Source: Sphyrna mokarran (lineage: Eukaryota). Taken from it: a stretch of 64,000 bases of DNA. The translations under genes and the position numbers were made by a program. Shown one piece after another: positions 62,561 to 64,000 of this stretch. Below the pieces are notes generated by a model. The model had not been told where the DNA came from. It searched no databases and saw only the letters and a program-made list of their open reading frames with translations. Where the stretch lies: NCBI GenBank assembly GCA_024679065.1, contig JAGIQG010000016.1, positions 13,144,001 through 13,208,000 on the forward strand. Reading direction: 5' to 3'. Position 1 is the stretch's first letter. The number at the start of each line of letters is the position of its first letter.

Positions 62561-64000
62561 TCCCTTCGTTTTGTTGTTTTTTTTTTCCTGACATCAGCAA
62601 TTGATGTATTGTGGATGAAATTGCTTCCATCAGTTTACATGAATATGCTTTATCTAGGTCCACCGGTTAACTATGTTTGTACAAATACAGACGACTGAAC
62701 GATCGTCTGTTAACTATGTGAATTTGATAACCGAGTAATACAAAGTTATTTCATTCTCTCATTTTCAAAAACAAAAGATGGGAATGAGGTTGATCTACAG
62801 TCACTTTAAGTTCCCTGCCGACGTTATGCGAACCGATGTCCAGATTAAATCAGAAATTTTGATGTAAGGAGAACTTTTGATATCCAATTGATTTTAGCAA
62901 ATAAAAACTCAGAACGAATCTCTAGTTAGAGTTACATTTGAACAATATTTGCACTGTAGTCTAACTGTTTCAATTGCAATTGAACAGCAGAAAAGCCGAA
63001 AACGACAGACGAAGGTAACTGATTTAGGAATTGTCATTTTCAACTGCACTAAACAGTCATATTTTATAATTTATCACCGCCACCCAAACAACTTCGACAC
63101 AATTGTACGGCAATAATCCACCACTCCATTCATTTTTTTTTGTTCTTGAAATAAATGTTCGCTTGACCTACCAGAGGTGACGTGGCGATTTTGCATTCTT
63201 GGTTATATTGGAACTGTGTCTAAAGTCTGCTAATATTGGCTTGATATTTAAAACAAGGATACACCACTGTGTGTTTCGTACAATATATCTGGTTTATCTT
63301 AACGCTCTTAATGTCGGCTGACTGGCACAGCAAATACTGAGCTGATTCAGAATGATAGATATGAAAGTACTTGGTCAATAACAGCATTATCATGCCAAGT
63401 CATTTCAGTGGAAGTACCACAATCTTCACTATTCGAATCGATTAATTGCTAGATGTAAGATCATTATATAAATATACAATAGAGAATGCTAATTTCAAAC
63501 TACGTAATATCATTTTCACCTTTCTGAAATGATGTGCAAATCATTGTATCAAACATTGCCACAAGTCTCAGGAAAATCGGAGAGCATAGCCCCACTTCAA
63601 ACTAAGTAGGAATTCAAACCCCTACAAATCTGTGATCCCGCTGCCGTATTACATCACATGAACACAATAGCTTTGAAACGGACATGTACTGACCCGCTAC
63701 TATTAATATTGTTGGCGTGGAATGACGGAATTTGTGAGCTTACCACTTTACCTCAAAACACATAGAGTGTGCACATTTAAATATCCGACTCGGGACATCA
63801 GCCGGTTCTTGCAGGATACAAGCTCATGTCCAATCTGGCTGTGATTTTAACTCTTATTTGCTATCTTCCCCAAAGTGAAACAGCAACGAGTCCTTGTTTC
63901 AAAATAAAAACAGCTGAACACTGAATAACATCAATGGCAAAAATAGACTGATTAGCATTTAAGACTATTACAGATGTGAAATCTCGAAACATCGTTAGTA

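Noticed and set aside
62600-64000. Another decayed ORF at the window end
   Set aside because: Strand and frame could not be resolved and the region is cut by the window edge.
1-64000. CRISPR arrays, rRNA, operons or other prokaryotic systems
   Set aside because: No repeat-spacer arrays or intact gene-dense operons are present, and the repeat content is vertebrate.

Overview
Eukaryotic, AT-rich genomic DNA, almost certainly from a cartilaginous fish (shark). It carries CR1/HER1-type LINE fragments with (TTCTATG)n tails, HE1/V-SINE-type SINEs, a Penelope-like retroelement, a Gmr1-type (integrase-before-RT) Ty3/Gypsy remnant, an LTR, an RTE 3' end and a decayed Harbinger transposon. No intact host gene, rRNA, tRNA or CRISPR is visible. 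The DNA between the transposons is not featureless. Manual translation shows a dense array of 10 or more dead, mostly minus-strand, 1-2.5 kb reading frames, many starting at a splice acceptor. They share recurring peptide motifs (YPxIxFKxP, W..Y.V.S.W..G, IPKG, FSPK, HLxTKN...DQS, PARA) that I cannot assign to a known family. A small plus-strand block with possible secreted, cytokine-like frames sits among them. This is either an extinct tandem host gene family or an ancient endogenous large-DNA-virus segment later riddled with transposons and locally duplicated. No viral hallmark gene was identified. All homologies and identity estimates are by eye.
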